The notes beneath the pieces were generated by a model. It saw nothing but the letters and a program-made list of their open reading frames with translations, did not search any database and was not told the origin of the DNA. Positions 10,087 to 19,831 of a stretch of DNA of 48,649 nt are shown one piece after another; the stretch's first letter is position 1; each line of letters begins with the position of its first letter. The position numbers and the translations under genes were made by a program. The stretch is from a virus (taxonomy: Duplodnaviria > Caudoviricetes), in the IMG/VR virus record IMGVR_UViG_3300044911_000889, positions 1 through 48,649 of that record, one strand, 5' to 3'.

Positions 10087-10569
10087 ATGATCGACCCAAT
10101 CACCGCCCTTGCAGCCGTTTCGTCGGCAGTAAATCTTGTAAAGAAGGCTGTTGCCACCGTACAAGATGTGCAGAGCCTGGGGCCGGTGCTTGGAAAATAC
10201 TTTGATGCCAAGGCCCAGGCCATCGAGGTGGTTGAGAAATCAAAGAGCGGTGACTTTAAAGGATCTGCTCTGGGCAAGGCGCTTGAGCTTGAGATGGCGC
10301 TTGAGCAGGCCAGGGAGTTTGAAGAGCAGGTCAAGATGTTGTTCTTCCAGAGCAACAAAATGGATGTCTGGCAAAAAATCACCATCCGCGCCCAGCATAT
10401 GGAAGTTGAAGCGGCTCATGCTGCCAGACGCAAGAAAGAAGCAGATAAGAAACGCGCCGAGGAAATGGAAGAGATAATCACCCTGGTTGTTGGCGGCGTC
10501 GTTGCTATTGCCTCTGCTGGTGTGATTGCCTGGGTCGTGATACAGATCGTTACTGGGCAAGTGCGATGA
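10087..10569 (+). CDS. Membrane protein of the lysis region
   Basis: MIDPITALA start, coiled coil, C-terminal TM helix. Confidence 0.7.
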   Translation: MIDPITALAAVSSAVNLVKKAVATVQDVQSLGPVLGKYFDAKAQAIEVVEKSKSGDFKGSALGKALELEMALEQAREFEEQVKMLFFQSNKMDVWQKITIRAQHMEVEAAHAARRKKEADKKRAEEMEEIITLVVGGVVAIASAGVIAWVVIQIVTGQVR

Positions 10570-11180
10570 CCGAGAAGCTCAACGCCAACACCACCCTTGA
10601 CAAAGTTCTTGGGTATGTGGATTCGCCGTTTAAACTCTTTGCGGTGATCCTGATGGCGGTGATTGCGTTTGCTGGCTATGCCTTGTACGAGAGCCAGGAC
10701 TTTATCCGCGATGCATACAAAGAGTCCAAGAAGCTGCCTGAAATAAACACAGCGCGGGTGGAGGACACTTCTGCAATGTTGTTTAAGCAGACCGGCGCAA
10801 CGGTTGTAGCCATATTCAAGGTCAATCCGCTTTTCAACTCTCGGACGTTGTATCGCGCTTACACCAAAGAGGGCCGGGACAAGAGCATTGAAGACATTGA
10901 CGTTGGGCTGTTCACGCAAAACGCATCCAACAATGCCGATGTCGTCAAGCTGATGACGAATGAGATTCCTTGCGGCGAATACCGCTACGCGCAGTCTGAG
11001 GTCGGGCTTTGGTACATACAGAACGGGGTGGCGTTCACTTGCCGGGTCAGTGTGCCACCTGACTTCAACAGGTTTGTCGGTCAGGTTACTGTCGGTTGGA
11101 CGGAGCCACCTAAAAACCTAGAGCAGACAAAATTCATGCTGGAGATTGCCAGCGCAATGTTAACTAAAAGGGGTGGGTAA
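10566..11180 (+). CDS. N-terminally anchored membrane protein of the lysis region
   Basis: Single TM helix then a globular domain; coupled start and stop. Confidence 0.7.
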   Translation: MTEKLNANTTLDKVLGYVDSPFKLFAVILMAVIAFAGYALYESQDFIRDAYKESKKLPEINTARVEDTSAMLFKQTGATVVAIFKVNPLFNSRTLYRAYTKEGRDKSIEDIDVGLFTQNASNNADVVKLMTNEIPCGEYRYAQSEVGLWYIQNGVAFTCRVSVPPDFNRFVGQVTVGWTEPPKNLEQTKFMLEIASAMLTKRGG

Positions 11181-11683
11181 TGCTTTCACTAATTTCGACT
11201 CTCGGCGGCCTGCTGATCAGCGGCCTGCCCAAGCTGCTTGAGTTCTTCCAGAACAAGGCAGACCAAAAACATGAGCTTGCCTTGGCGCGACTCCAGAACG
11301 AGCGGGAGCTTGCTCTCGCCGCTCAGGGATACGCCGCCCAGCAGAAGATCGAGGAAATCCGCACTGATCAGGTCGCAATGCAGACCGAGGCGCAGATGAC
11401 CGAGGCTGCGCTCAAGCACGACGAGCAGGTGCTTGATAAGGCCCACAAGTGGGTCGCGTCCTACGTCGGCACCGTGCGCCCGACAGTGACCTACATCTTC
11501 GTGATTGAGCTTGTGCTGATCAACGCCTTCATGGCGGTGTACCTGTGGAATCATCCCGGCCTGATCACCAGCATCGACGATGTGGTCAAGTACTCTGGCC
11601 TGATCTTCTCCAGTGACGAGATGGCAATGCTGGGCGGTATCATTGGCTTCTGGTTCGGTTCTCGTCAGTGGAGCAAGAAGTGA
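11180..11683 (+). CDS. Holin-like protein (3TM GTA-holin type)
   Basis: VRP.VTY...TM...GFWFGSR motif directly upstream of the lysozyme. Confidence 0.7.
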   Translation: MLSLISTLGGLLISGLPKLLEFFQNKADQKHELALARLQNERELALAAQGYAAQQKIEEIRTDQVAMQTEAQMTEAALKHDEQVLDKAHKWVASYVGTVRPTVTYIFVIELVLINAFMAVYLWNHPGLITSIDDVVKYSGLIFSSDEMAMLGGIIGFWFGSRQWSKK

Positions 11684-12183
11684 AACTAAGCAAGGCCGCC
11701 GCTGCGATGATGCACAAGTACGAGGGGTACAGAAACCGCCCGTATTTGTGCCCAGCGCACATGTGGACTATAGGATACGGCCATGTGCTGTACCAAGACC
11801 AGATTCGCCTGCCGATGGCACGAGTGGACAAGCCTGTGCTGATGATCCGAAAAGAAATGCCGTTACGACCGGAGGACAATCGTGTCTGGACCAAGCAAGA
11901 AACTGATGATCTATTCGACGCTGACATTGCATCTTTTGAACGCGGTGTTCTTCGTCTTGTTCCCGGCGTTGTTGGGCATCAAGGCCGCTTTGACGCTCTG
12001 GTCTCTTTTGCATACAACGTAGGGCTGGGCAATCTCCAGCGCAGCACGGTGCGGATCAAGGCAAACCGTGGAGAGTGGGAAGGGGCGGCAGACGCCTTAT
12101 TGCTTTGGAACAAGGCCGGGGGTAAAGTGTTTGTAGGGCTGGACAGGCGTCGGAAAGACGAACGCGCTTTATTTCTGTCGTAG
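11680..12183 (+). CDS. Endolysin, GH24 lysozyme
   Basis: EG.R..PY.CPA..WTIGYGH, FDALVSFAYNVG, WNKAGG...GL.RRR..E; probable GTG start overlapping the holin stop. Confidence 0.92.
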   Translation: MKLSKAAAAMMHKYEGYRNRPYLCPAHMWTIGYGHVLYQDQIRLPMARVDKPVLMIRKEMPLRPEDNRVWTKQETDDLFDADIASFERGVLRLVPGVVGHQGRFDALVSFAYNVGLGNLQRSTVRIKANRGEWEGAADALLLWNKAGGKVFVGLDRRRKDERALFLS

Positions 12184-12190
12184 GATTACT

Positions 12191-14521
12191 ATGCCGCTTA
12201 AAAAACTTACCCTTCGCCCCGGCGTAAACAGGGAAAACACCCGATACACCAGTGAGCAGGGTTGGTATGAGGGTGACAAGATACGTTTCCGCCAGGGTAC
12301 TCCCGAAAAGATCGGGGGCTGGACCCGCATATCCTTAAGTTTTTTTAAGGGCATCTGCCGTTCACTTTGGGCCTGGATAAATGCGGCCTCTACCTACATA
12401 GGTGTTGGTACTAATCTGAAGTTTTATATTGAGCGTGGTGGGGAGTACAACGACATCACGCCCATCCGGGCAACAGTCACGCTGACAAACCCGTTTACAT
12501 GGCTATCTGCCACCACGTTTCAGGTTACTGATGCGGCAGGCGGCTACATTGCCAATGACTTTGTAACCTTCAGCGGTGCAACGGCAACGGGAGGGATTAC
12601 CCTTAACGGCGAGTACCAGATCGTCAGTGCCACCACAACCACCTACGTTGTATCGACCATTCAAGATGTGACGATGGCTACAGACTACCAGACATTTACT
12701 GGAGTCTCATCGCTGGCAAACGGTGTAGCAGTCACGCTTGCAACATCAAGCGCAGGCAGTTCTTTGCCAGGGGGATTTACAGAAGGTACAACTTACTATG
12801 TTGTGAACACTTCAAGCAATACGTTTAAATTGGCTGCTGCTCCGGCGGGTACGGCTATAACGGCAACTACCCTGCCTGGAGGCGTCATAAATGCAACCCC
12901 TCAGTTTACTGGCAGCTTTACAGGCGCGGGTGGAACTGTTACTGCTGTCTATCAAATTAACACTGGCTATGAGATACAGGTTCAATCGTCAGGATGGGGC
13001 GGTGGTGGATGGGGTCTTGGAGCATGGGGAACCGGCTCAACCAATCTAATAACTTTAAGAGTTTGGAGCCAAGCAAATCTTGGTGCAGATCTGGTGTTTG
13101 GTTATGTTGGTGGCCCAATCTATTACTGGGAGGCATCAGGTGGTTTAACCACAAGGGGCGTGTTGTTAAGCTCTCTGGGCGGGACGATTACCACAACTGT
13201 TACCGGCAGCCCTTCCACTTTTGTTCTTCAGTATCCATACCCCAATGGTACTGGCATCCAAGTAAATTTCACGACGGGTGGCTCTCTGCCAACTGGATTG
13301 GCGCTTGGAACAACCTATTACATTCAAAATATATCTGGCCTGACCTGTAACTTGTCTACGGACATTGGCGGTGCTTCATTAGTTGCCGTGTCTACCACGG
13401 GATCTGGCGTTTTTATATCAAACCTAACAGATGTTCCTGTTGTTCAAAACTGGCTATTCATCTCTGATGCCTTCAAGTTTTTGTTTGCATTCGGGGCAAA
13501 TGATTACGGCTCTGTAACCCAGAATCCAATGCTGATTCGGTGGTCGGATCAGGAGTCCGTAACAAATTGGTATCCGCAGGCAACCAATCAGGCTGGAAGC
13601 TTGACGCTGTCTCACGGGTCAAAGATCGTAACTGCCATGCAGGCCCGGCAGGAGATATTGGTTTGGACAGATTCATCTCTGTACTCCTTGCAGTACTTGC
13701 AACCTCCAATAGTTTGGGGTTCTCAGCTTCTTGGTGACAACCTATCCATCATTGGGCCAAACGCTGCTAGTTACACTGGTGGTATGGCGTTTTGGATGGG
13801 GGTTGATAAGTTCTATGTGTACGATGGCCGGACACAGACTTTGTCATGCGACCTCAGGCAGTTTGTCTTTAATGATTCAGGCACAAGGGTCAATTTAAAC
13901 CAAACACAGCAGGTGTTTTGCAGCACCAACGAAGGTTTCAACGAGGTGTGGTGGTTCTATCCATCTCAAGGTTCTACGGTGATTGATACCTACGTTGTTT
14001 ACAACTACCTTGAGAAGATCTGGTACTACGGTTTCCTAGGCAGGACGGCGTGGCTGGATAGCGGTTTGTTGTCAAACCCATTAGCAGCAACTTACAGCAA
14101 TAACATCGTCAACCATGAAGTGGGTGTAAACGACAGCACCCTAAGCACACCGCTGCCTATTGAGGCTTACATTTCATCTGCTGAGTTTGATATTGATGAC
14201 GGCTACAAGGTAGGATTCGTGTGGCGGATTTTGCCGGATATAACCTTCCGGGGATCAACAGCAAACAACCCGTCGGTGGTCATGACCCTGCGCCCCATGC
14301 AGAACTCTGGCTCTGGTTACAACGATCCAGAATCGCTAGGGGGAGTTAGCAATGCTTCCGTAACAAGGACGGCTACGTTGCCAATTGAACAGTTTACGGG
14401 CCAAATTAACACTCGCGTCAGGGGCAGGCAACTTGTCATGGAAATTAGGTCAACGGATCTGGACGTGCAGTGGCAGCTTGGTTCACCCCGACTCGAAATT
14501 CGCCCTGATGGCCGTAGATAA
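12191..14521 (+). CDS. Tail stabilisation/nozzle protein (P22 gp10 / T7 gp12-like position)
   Basis: 776 aa; IRWSDQE, AFWMG..KFY.YDG, FNEVWWFYPS, C-terminal RPDGRR; precedes the internal virion genes. Confidence 0.75.
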   Translation: MPLKKLTLRPGVNRENTRYTSEQGWYEGDKIRFRQGTPEKIGGWTRISLSFFKGICRSLWAWINAASTYIGVGTNLKFYIERGGEYNDITPIRATVTLTNPFTWLSATTFQVTDAAGGYIANDFVTFSGATATGGITLNGEYQIVSATTTTYVVSTIQDVTMATDYQTFTGVSSLANGVAVTLATSSAGSSLPGGFTEGTTYYVVNTSSNTFKLAAAPAGTAITATTLPGGVINATPQFTGSFTGAGGTVTAVYQINTGYEIQVQSSGWGGGGWGLGAWGTGSTNLITLRVWSQANLGADLVFGYVGGPIYYWEASGGLTTRGVLLSSLGGTITTTVTGSPSTFVLQYPYPNGTGIQVNFTTGGSLPTGLALGTTYYIQNISGLTCNLSTDIGGASLVAVSTTGSGVFISNLTDVPVVQNWLFISDAFKFLFAFGANDYGSVTQNPMLIRWSDQESVTNWYPQATNQAGSLTLSHGSKIVTAMQARQEILVWTDSSLYSLQYLQPPIVWGSQLLGDNLSIIGPNAASYTGGMAFWMGVDKFYVYDGRTQTLSCDLRQFVFNDSGTRVNLNQTQQVFCSTNEGFNEVWWFYPSQGSTVIDTYVVYNYLEKIWYYGFLGRTAWLDSGLLSNPLAATYSNNIVNHEVGVNDSTLSTPLPIEAYISSAEFDIDDGYKVGFVWRILPDITFRGSTANNPSVVMTLRPMQNSGSGYNDPESLGGVSNASVTRTATLPIEQFTGQINTRVRGRQLVMEIRSTDLDVQWQLGSPRLEIRPDGRR

Positions 14522-14562
14522 ATGTACAAGGTACAAAACAACATGTATTGGGGTGCTACACC

Positions 14563-14904
14563 ATGCTTGTAACATCAGAATATGAGATTGCAAGGATTGC
14601 AGCTCCTAGCTTGCCAGTACCGCCGGTGGAGTATTCCTACGTCTATGGGGAACAGCTAAACAACGTCCTTCGCCTATATTTCAACCGCCTCAACAGTATT
14701 GCAGGGCAGCTTGCAACTTCTGGAGTTATTCCAGCGCTAACAAACTATACCGTTGCAAAACTTCCCAGTGCTGCAACATCAGGTGTAGGAGCAAGATCTT
14801 TTGTTACTGATGCAACTGCTCCCACGTTTGGATCTACGGTAGCTGGTGGTGGCGCTGTAGCCACGCCTGTGTACTCAGACGGAACAAACTGGAAAGTTGG
14901 TTGA
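14563..14904 (+). CDS. Putative virion protein
   Basis: LP.PP.EY...QLNNVLRLYFN motif; C-terminal PVYSDGTNW fibre-like tip. Confidence 0.7.
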   Translation: MLVTSEYEIARIAAPSLPVPPVEYSYVYGEQLNNVLRLYFNRLNSIAGQLATSGVIPALTNYTVAKLPSAATSGVGARSFVTDATAPTFGSTVAGGGAVATPVYSDGTNWKVG

Positions 14905-14905
14905 C

Positions 14906-17863
14906 ATGGCTATTAAAAGAATAGAAGTGCCGGTTAGGTGGGAAACCCAAGGGGATGAAGATCTTCCCCCTAATGTCTATTGGGTAAGCGACAAGTACGA
15001 TGGACCGTATGGCGGGAATTTTAATTCTAAAGAGCAGGCGCTAGCATACGAAAAGTACAAAGGCAAGCCAGATCAAATTCCTGGGCTGAGAGAGGCTGCT
15101 TACAACGCCTCCAAATTCCAATATTTTGCAAATCAAAATCCATACCACGACACCGAAACAGGTAACACAAGCTACTGGGGCGGGCAATGGATTGAAGATA
15201 ACGACCCAGCAAAGTATCAGGAGTATATTGACCGCGCAATGAACAGCCCATTAGACTGGGTCGGTCAAAACATTAATTGGAGTGGCATAGGCCACGGGGG
15301 AGATTTCTCTGCCCTTGACAAACAAGTTCAATTTCTCAAGGACAACAAGTACGACATTGACTACCACGCAAGCACGGGTAGTCTAGATAAAAACGCATTA
15401 AATCAATACAACCTTACCAAGCAGATTCTTGATCAGGGCACTACTGGCAAATGGTCTGGCGCTGGCTTTGGCAGCCCTACTGAAAACGCCAAACAGATGG
15501 CGCGTGTTTTAAGCTCGGCTGGTATTGAAGACATTAAAGACTTTGGGCAGTTTAAGGAAAAAACATACGCAGATTATCCGGTTCAGCAGGAGATGGTAAA
15601 CCAAGGTAATGACATGGTCACCCCGACAGGCCGGTATTATTACTTTGGTGAGAACGGTAATGTATATGTAGACCCAAATACCGTAACTCAATCACAGTAT
15701 TACGACCCGGAAGTTGGTTACACGGTCGGCTATGTTGCCAAAAATATCCCAACAGGTGAGCGTACTGTTTACGGCAATAAAAACACAAAGCAGGCCATAA
15801 CGCAGGACTACAACGCCGCAGGCGGTAATATTTTTTCCGGCACATACGCAGGGCATGGCCGCACCAACTACGGTGTGCAGTTTGCAGCAGACGGAACTCC
15901 CTACTTCTACTCGCAGTTTGGTGGTGACACCAGCAGCATGGGCGACATTGCGCCAATTCTTTCTGTTCTTTCAGTTATTCCTTCTCCGCTTCAGCCATTT
16001 GCCGCTGCTGCCAATGCTTTAATTGCAATTGACAACGGCAACACCCTTGGTGGTCTTGCTGCCCTGGCAGGTATACCCGGAGTTAGTGAGGCTGCGTCTG
16101 CTGCCGGGCTTGCTAATGTTGTCTCTGGAATTCAAACGGCAAATCAAGTTGTTAACTTAGTAAACGCAGTTGAATCTGGAAATGTTCTTGGAGCAATTAC
16201 ATCAGGTGCTGGTTTGGTTGGGGCGGGATCTGTTGCCTCCGGGGCGGCAGATGCGGCAAGTGTTGCAAAGGCACTGGAGTCTGGTGACCCTTTAGCCATT
16301 TTGTCTTCTGGCGCAAAAGCTACCAACTTGTTATCCACAGCCCTCACTGATGGTGGCTTGACCGTATCAGATGCTTTAAAAGCAGCCAGCCTTGCCAAAG
16401 CAATAGAAGGTGGTGACCCTGCTGCAATCATCAAAGCTGCAACAGGGCTGGCAGGATCAAAAACATTTAAAAACTCTTTTGATTCTCCAAGTACCCCAAT
16501 AACTTCAACTGGGGAGAAAGTTGCTGATGTTGTTGGGGATAACTTTGTTGCTGAAATAACAAACCCAGATTCCACCAACTTTATAGGCAACGCAGAATCT
16601 GCTTTAAATGACATCTTTAACCAGCCCTCGGTGCAGGTTGCTTCGTCTGATAACGATACATCTCTTCAAGCAATTGAAGATCTTCGTAATGCTGGCCTTA
16701 CTGAAGATCAAGATGCCGTAAAGATACTTGGAGAATCTGGGGAGCCAGTTCCGGCCCCTGCGCCGGAGGTTATTGTCATTCCTGATGAAGATGGCAATCA
16801 ATTAGTCATTGACCAGAATGGCACGGTGGTAGATATTATTCCTCCAACAGAACCAGAGGTTGTTGAACCTGTTCCGGTTGAGCCACCGTCTCCCGTTCCT
16901 CCAGAACAAGAAATAGTTGAGCCTGTTGTAACAGAACCACCTGTTGTCAGCCCTCCTGAATTAATTACGCTGCCACCTGATGAAGAGGGTAACCAGTTGG
17001 TAATTGATCAGGGTGGAAATATTGTAGACATCATTGTCCCGCCTGAGCCGGAAGTAGTGAGTCCTGCTGAACCAGTGCCAGTTACTGAGCCTGCTCCTCC
17101 CGTTGAAGTTATCACACTTCCTCCAGATGAAGACGGCAATCAGTATGTAATAGATGGTAGTGGCACAGTGGTGGACATCATTCCTCCGGAAGAGAAGCCG
17201 GAAGAAACAACTACTCCCCCGTTTCAAGGACCGATGGGTCCGTTCAATGAGGACATTAGCAACCGCTATAAAGAAGAGTTTGCCAAGTACCTTGACTGGC
17301 TACAAGCCGGACAGCCAGAAGCTCCTGATTACGGCCCTGGCCCGATTGGGATGACCGGAGATTACTGGGATGAGTTTGACCAGAATCTCAAGACAATGAT
17401 GGATGAAGGCAGACTACCATCTCAATGGCAGGTTGATGATGAAGGAAACTACACCTACATTGACGATGATGGAAGCACCCTAACGATTGGCCCTGATGGA
17501 CAGGTTATTCATTACACAGATGCTCCTCCTGGCAATCTGCCTGGGGAGACGCCTGCTCCTGCTCCACCTGCGCCTCCAGCGCCACCTAAAGTTACAACTC
17601 CAGCACCTCCCGCACCGGCACCGCCAGCCCCTTCCCCATCACCCGCTCCTGGGGCACAATCGAGGTTAGATGTAAACGCTTTAATGGCATTGTTGGCCTC
17701 AATGGGCGGCACACCTGCCCCGGCACCGGCACCACAAGTTGAGTATTCAAAGATGCCTGAGTTTGACGTAACCAAGGCTTTCTCTCCAACCCTCTATGCA
17801 GAGAGAGAAAAAGCAGTTAACCCGTACCTTCGTGGACTAACCGAAGAGGATCAAAATGGATGA
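14906..17863 (+). CDS. Large acidic, Pro-rich putative internal virion (ejection) protein
   Basis: 988-aa ORF; central hydrophobic Ala/Gly helices; Pro/Glu linkers; position after nozzle gene. Confidence 0.65.
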   Translation: MAIKRIEVPVRWETQGDEDLPPNVYWVSDKYDGPYGGNFNSKEQALAYEKYKGKPDQIPGLREAAYNASKFQYFANQNPYHDTETGNTSYWGGQWIEDNDPAKYQEYIDRAMNSPLDWVGQNINWSGIGHGGDFSALDKQVQFLKDNKYDIDYHASTGSLDKNALNQYNLTKQILDQGTTGKWSGAGFGSPTENAKQMARVLSSAGIEDIKDFGQFKEKTYADYPVQQEMVNQGNDMVTPTGRYYYFGENGNVYVDPNTVTQSQYYDPEVGYTVGYVAKNIPTGERTVYGNKNTKQAITQDYNAAGGNIFSGTYAGHGRTNYGVQFAADGTPYFYSQFGGDTSSMGDIAPILSVLSVIPSPLQPFAAAANALIAIDNGNTLGGLAALAGIPGVSEAASAAGLANVVSGIQTANQVVNLVNAVESGNVLGAITSGAGLVGAGSVASGAADAASVAKALESGDPLAILSSGAKATNLLSTALTDGGLTVSDALKAASLAKAIEGGDPAAIIKAATGLAGSKTFKNSFDSPSTPITSTGEKVADVVGDNFVAEITNPDSTNFIGNAESALNDIFNQPSVQVASSDNDTSLQAIEDLRNAGLTEDQDAVKILGESGEPVPAPAPEVIVIPDEDGNQLVIDQNGTVVDIIPPTEPEVVEPVPVEPPSPVPPEQEIVEPVVTEPPVVSPPELITLPPDEEGNQLVIDQGGNIVDIIVPPEPEVVSPAEPVPVTEPAPPVEVITLPPDEDGNQYVIDGSGTVVDIIPPEEKPEETTTPPFQGPMGPFNEDISNRYKEEFAKYLDWLQAGQPEAPDYGPGPIGMTGDYWDEFDQNLKTMMDEGRLPSQWQVDDEGNYTYIDDDGSTLTIGPDGQVIHYTDAPPGNLPGETPAPAPPAPPAPPKVTTPAPPAPAPPAPSPSPAPGAQSRLDVNALMALLASMGGTPAPAPAPQVEYSKMPEFDVTKAFSPTLYAEREKAVNPYLRGLTEEDQNG

Positions 17864-19820
17864 TTTTTATACAGATGAGGATTACTACATCCCATCCGAC
17901 GCAGGTTATCAACAATACTTTTTTAATACTGGGTTTGGCCCTGGTGATTACGAAGATGTTAATCCCATTGGTTCAGATGGCGATTTTCCAGTTATTACAA
18001 ACCCGATAGAGAACCCAGGGGACTCTACCGGAGGTGGGGGTGAACCCGGCAGAGATGTAAATGTTGTAGGCCCCGGCGGGGAAGATTTGGAAACCAGCGG
18101 TGTTGTTCAAAAAGATGGCAAGTGGTATGACACCTCAGGCAGGATGCTGTATGACCCTAAGGCTGCTGATACCAGCGGCATAATGGGTTTTCTTAACAAG
18201 TATCTTGGCAAAGACACAGCCGACAAACTCAAAAAGATGTTTGTTGATGACAAAGACAATGTAAACATTGCTACCCTGGGAGCTTTGGGTGCTGGCATCT
18301 ACGGATTGATGGGCGGTAATGAGCCACAGACCACTGGCCTTTACAAGGGCAAGATCCCCAAGTACACCGCAGTGCGCCAGCAGATAGAGCAGCCTGCCTA
18401 TGAGCCATACAGTGGTAAGCCTGTGATGGGGCGTAGTTACTTCACCGACACCCAGTTTGTAAAAAATCCAAGTGCGGATTCGATTGCGGCAGCCCAAGAA
18501 GCCGCAAAAGCGCAGGCTGGTATTCTTGCAGCATATAGGCCAAACATTGCGCCGCCTGGAGAAAAAACCATGCCCATAAAAGAAGTTTTGCCTGAGCAAT
18601 CATTCTTAAACCCAAGCGACCTCATCAAAAAAGAGAGAGGCATTGTTGCTGACAAAAACATCCCAGTTAATGAAGATGGTACTAGCCAACTAGCAAGTGG
18701 AGGTATTGCTATGCTTGCAAAGGGAAGGTATCTTCGTGGCGCAACAGATGGAATGGCAGACAAGATTCCATCATCCATTGACAACAAACAGCCAGCAAAG
18801 CTAAGTCATGGTGAGTTTGTAATTCCTGCTGATGTTGTATCTCATCTTGGAAACGGCAACTCTGATGCCGGGGCCAATGCTTTGTACAAAATGATGGACA
18901 GGGTCCGTAAGGCCCGTACCGGAACCAAAAAACAAGGCAAACGCATCAACCCAGAGAAGTTCACTCCAGGTGGAATTGCTGGCTACAAGACAGGTGGTGT
19001 TGTTGCTTTTCAGGATGGCGGTCTCACTAATAGAAACATTGTGCCAGCCGGGTCTACAGGTGGCACCACCACCACAGGTCTTGCTGACTGGGCCGGAGAT
19101 GCTGTAACGGATTACCTTGGCAGGGGGCAGGCTCTTGCTGCCAAACCATATGAAGCTTACACAGGCCCATTGACTGCTGGCGCATCTGATCTTCAGAACC
19201 AAGCGTTTACTAAAGCACAGGGCCTGGGCGGGACATTTGATGCTGCGGCAGCAAATCAGTACATGAACCCGTACATCCAGAACGCTCTACAGCCTCAACT
19301 CAATGAGCTTCGCAGGCAGGCAGACATTAGCCAACAAGGGATGAGTGGTAAGTACGCTGCTGCCGGTGCCCTGGGCGGTGCCCGTGATGCAATCACTAGG
19401 TCTGAAGGCATTCGTAATCTGCTGAACACCCAGTCTGGTGTGATTGGTGGCGCTTACAAAGATGCTTATGACAAGGCGATGAGTCAATACAACATCTCTC
19501 GTCAGCAAGACATTAGTAATCTCAACGCGATGCTTGGAGCCGGTGCCACTCAAAGAGGCATTGAGCAAGAAGGCATTACCGCACAGAAGGGTGCGTTTGA
19601 GCAAGAGCGTGAAGATCCATACAACAAGCTTAAGTTTGAGCAGAGCTTGTTTACTGGTCTGCCGCTTAGCGCTACATCTACCACTCCAAATCTCTCTGAG
19701 TTGCAGAAGCTTGGCTTAAGTGGTTTTGAGATGACCAAGCTGTACAACCTTATTGACAACTTCATCAATCCTAAGCCTGCTGGCGCTCCAGCAAATTCTC
19801 CTGGCGCAACCCGTCCCTAG
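17856..19820 (+). CDS. Putative internal virion/DNA-ejection protein
   Basis: G.TDGMAD.IP...LSHGEFVIPADVVSHLGNGNS.AGA motif; Q/A/G-rich YMNPY..N region resembling pilot proteins. Confidence 0.7.
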   Translation: MDDFYTDEDYYIPSDAGYQQYFFNTGFGPGDYEDVNPIGSDGDFPVITNPIENPGDSTGGGGEPGRDVNVVGPGGEDLETSGVVQKDGKWYDTSGRMLYDPKAADTSGIMGFLNKYLGKDTADKLKKMFVDDKDNVNIATLGALGAGIYGLMGGNEPQTTGLYKGKIPKYTAVRQQIEQPAYEPYSGKPVMGRSYFTDTQFVKNPSADSIAAAQEAAKAQAGILAAYRPNIAPPGEKTMPIKEVLPEQSFLNPSDLIKKERGIVADKNIPVNEDGTSQLASGGIAMLAKGRYLRGATDGMADKIPSSIDNKQPAKLSHGEFVIPADVVSHLGNGNSDAGANALYKMMDRVRKARTGTKKQGKRINPEKFTPGGIAGYKTGGVVAFQDGGLTNRNIVPAGSTGGTTTTGLADWAGDAVTDYLGRGQALAAKPYEAYTGPLTAGASDLQNQAFTKAQGLGGTFDAAAANQYMNPYIQNALQPQLNELRRQADISQQGMSGKYAAAGALGGARDAITRSEGIRNLLNTQSGVIGGAYKDAYDKAMSQYNISRQQDISNLNAMLGAGATQRGIEQEGITAQKGAFEQEREDPYNKLKFEQSLFTGLPLSATSTTPNLSELQKLGLSGFEMTKLYNLIDNFINPKPAGAPANSPGATRP

Positions 19821-19831
19821 GCGAGATAAAC

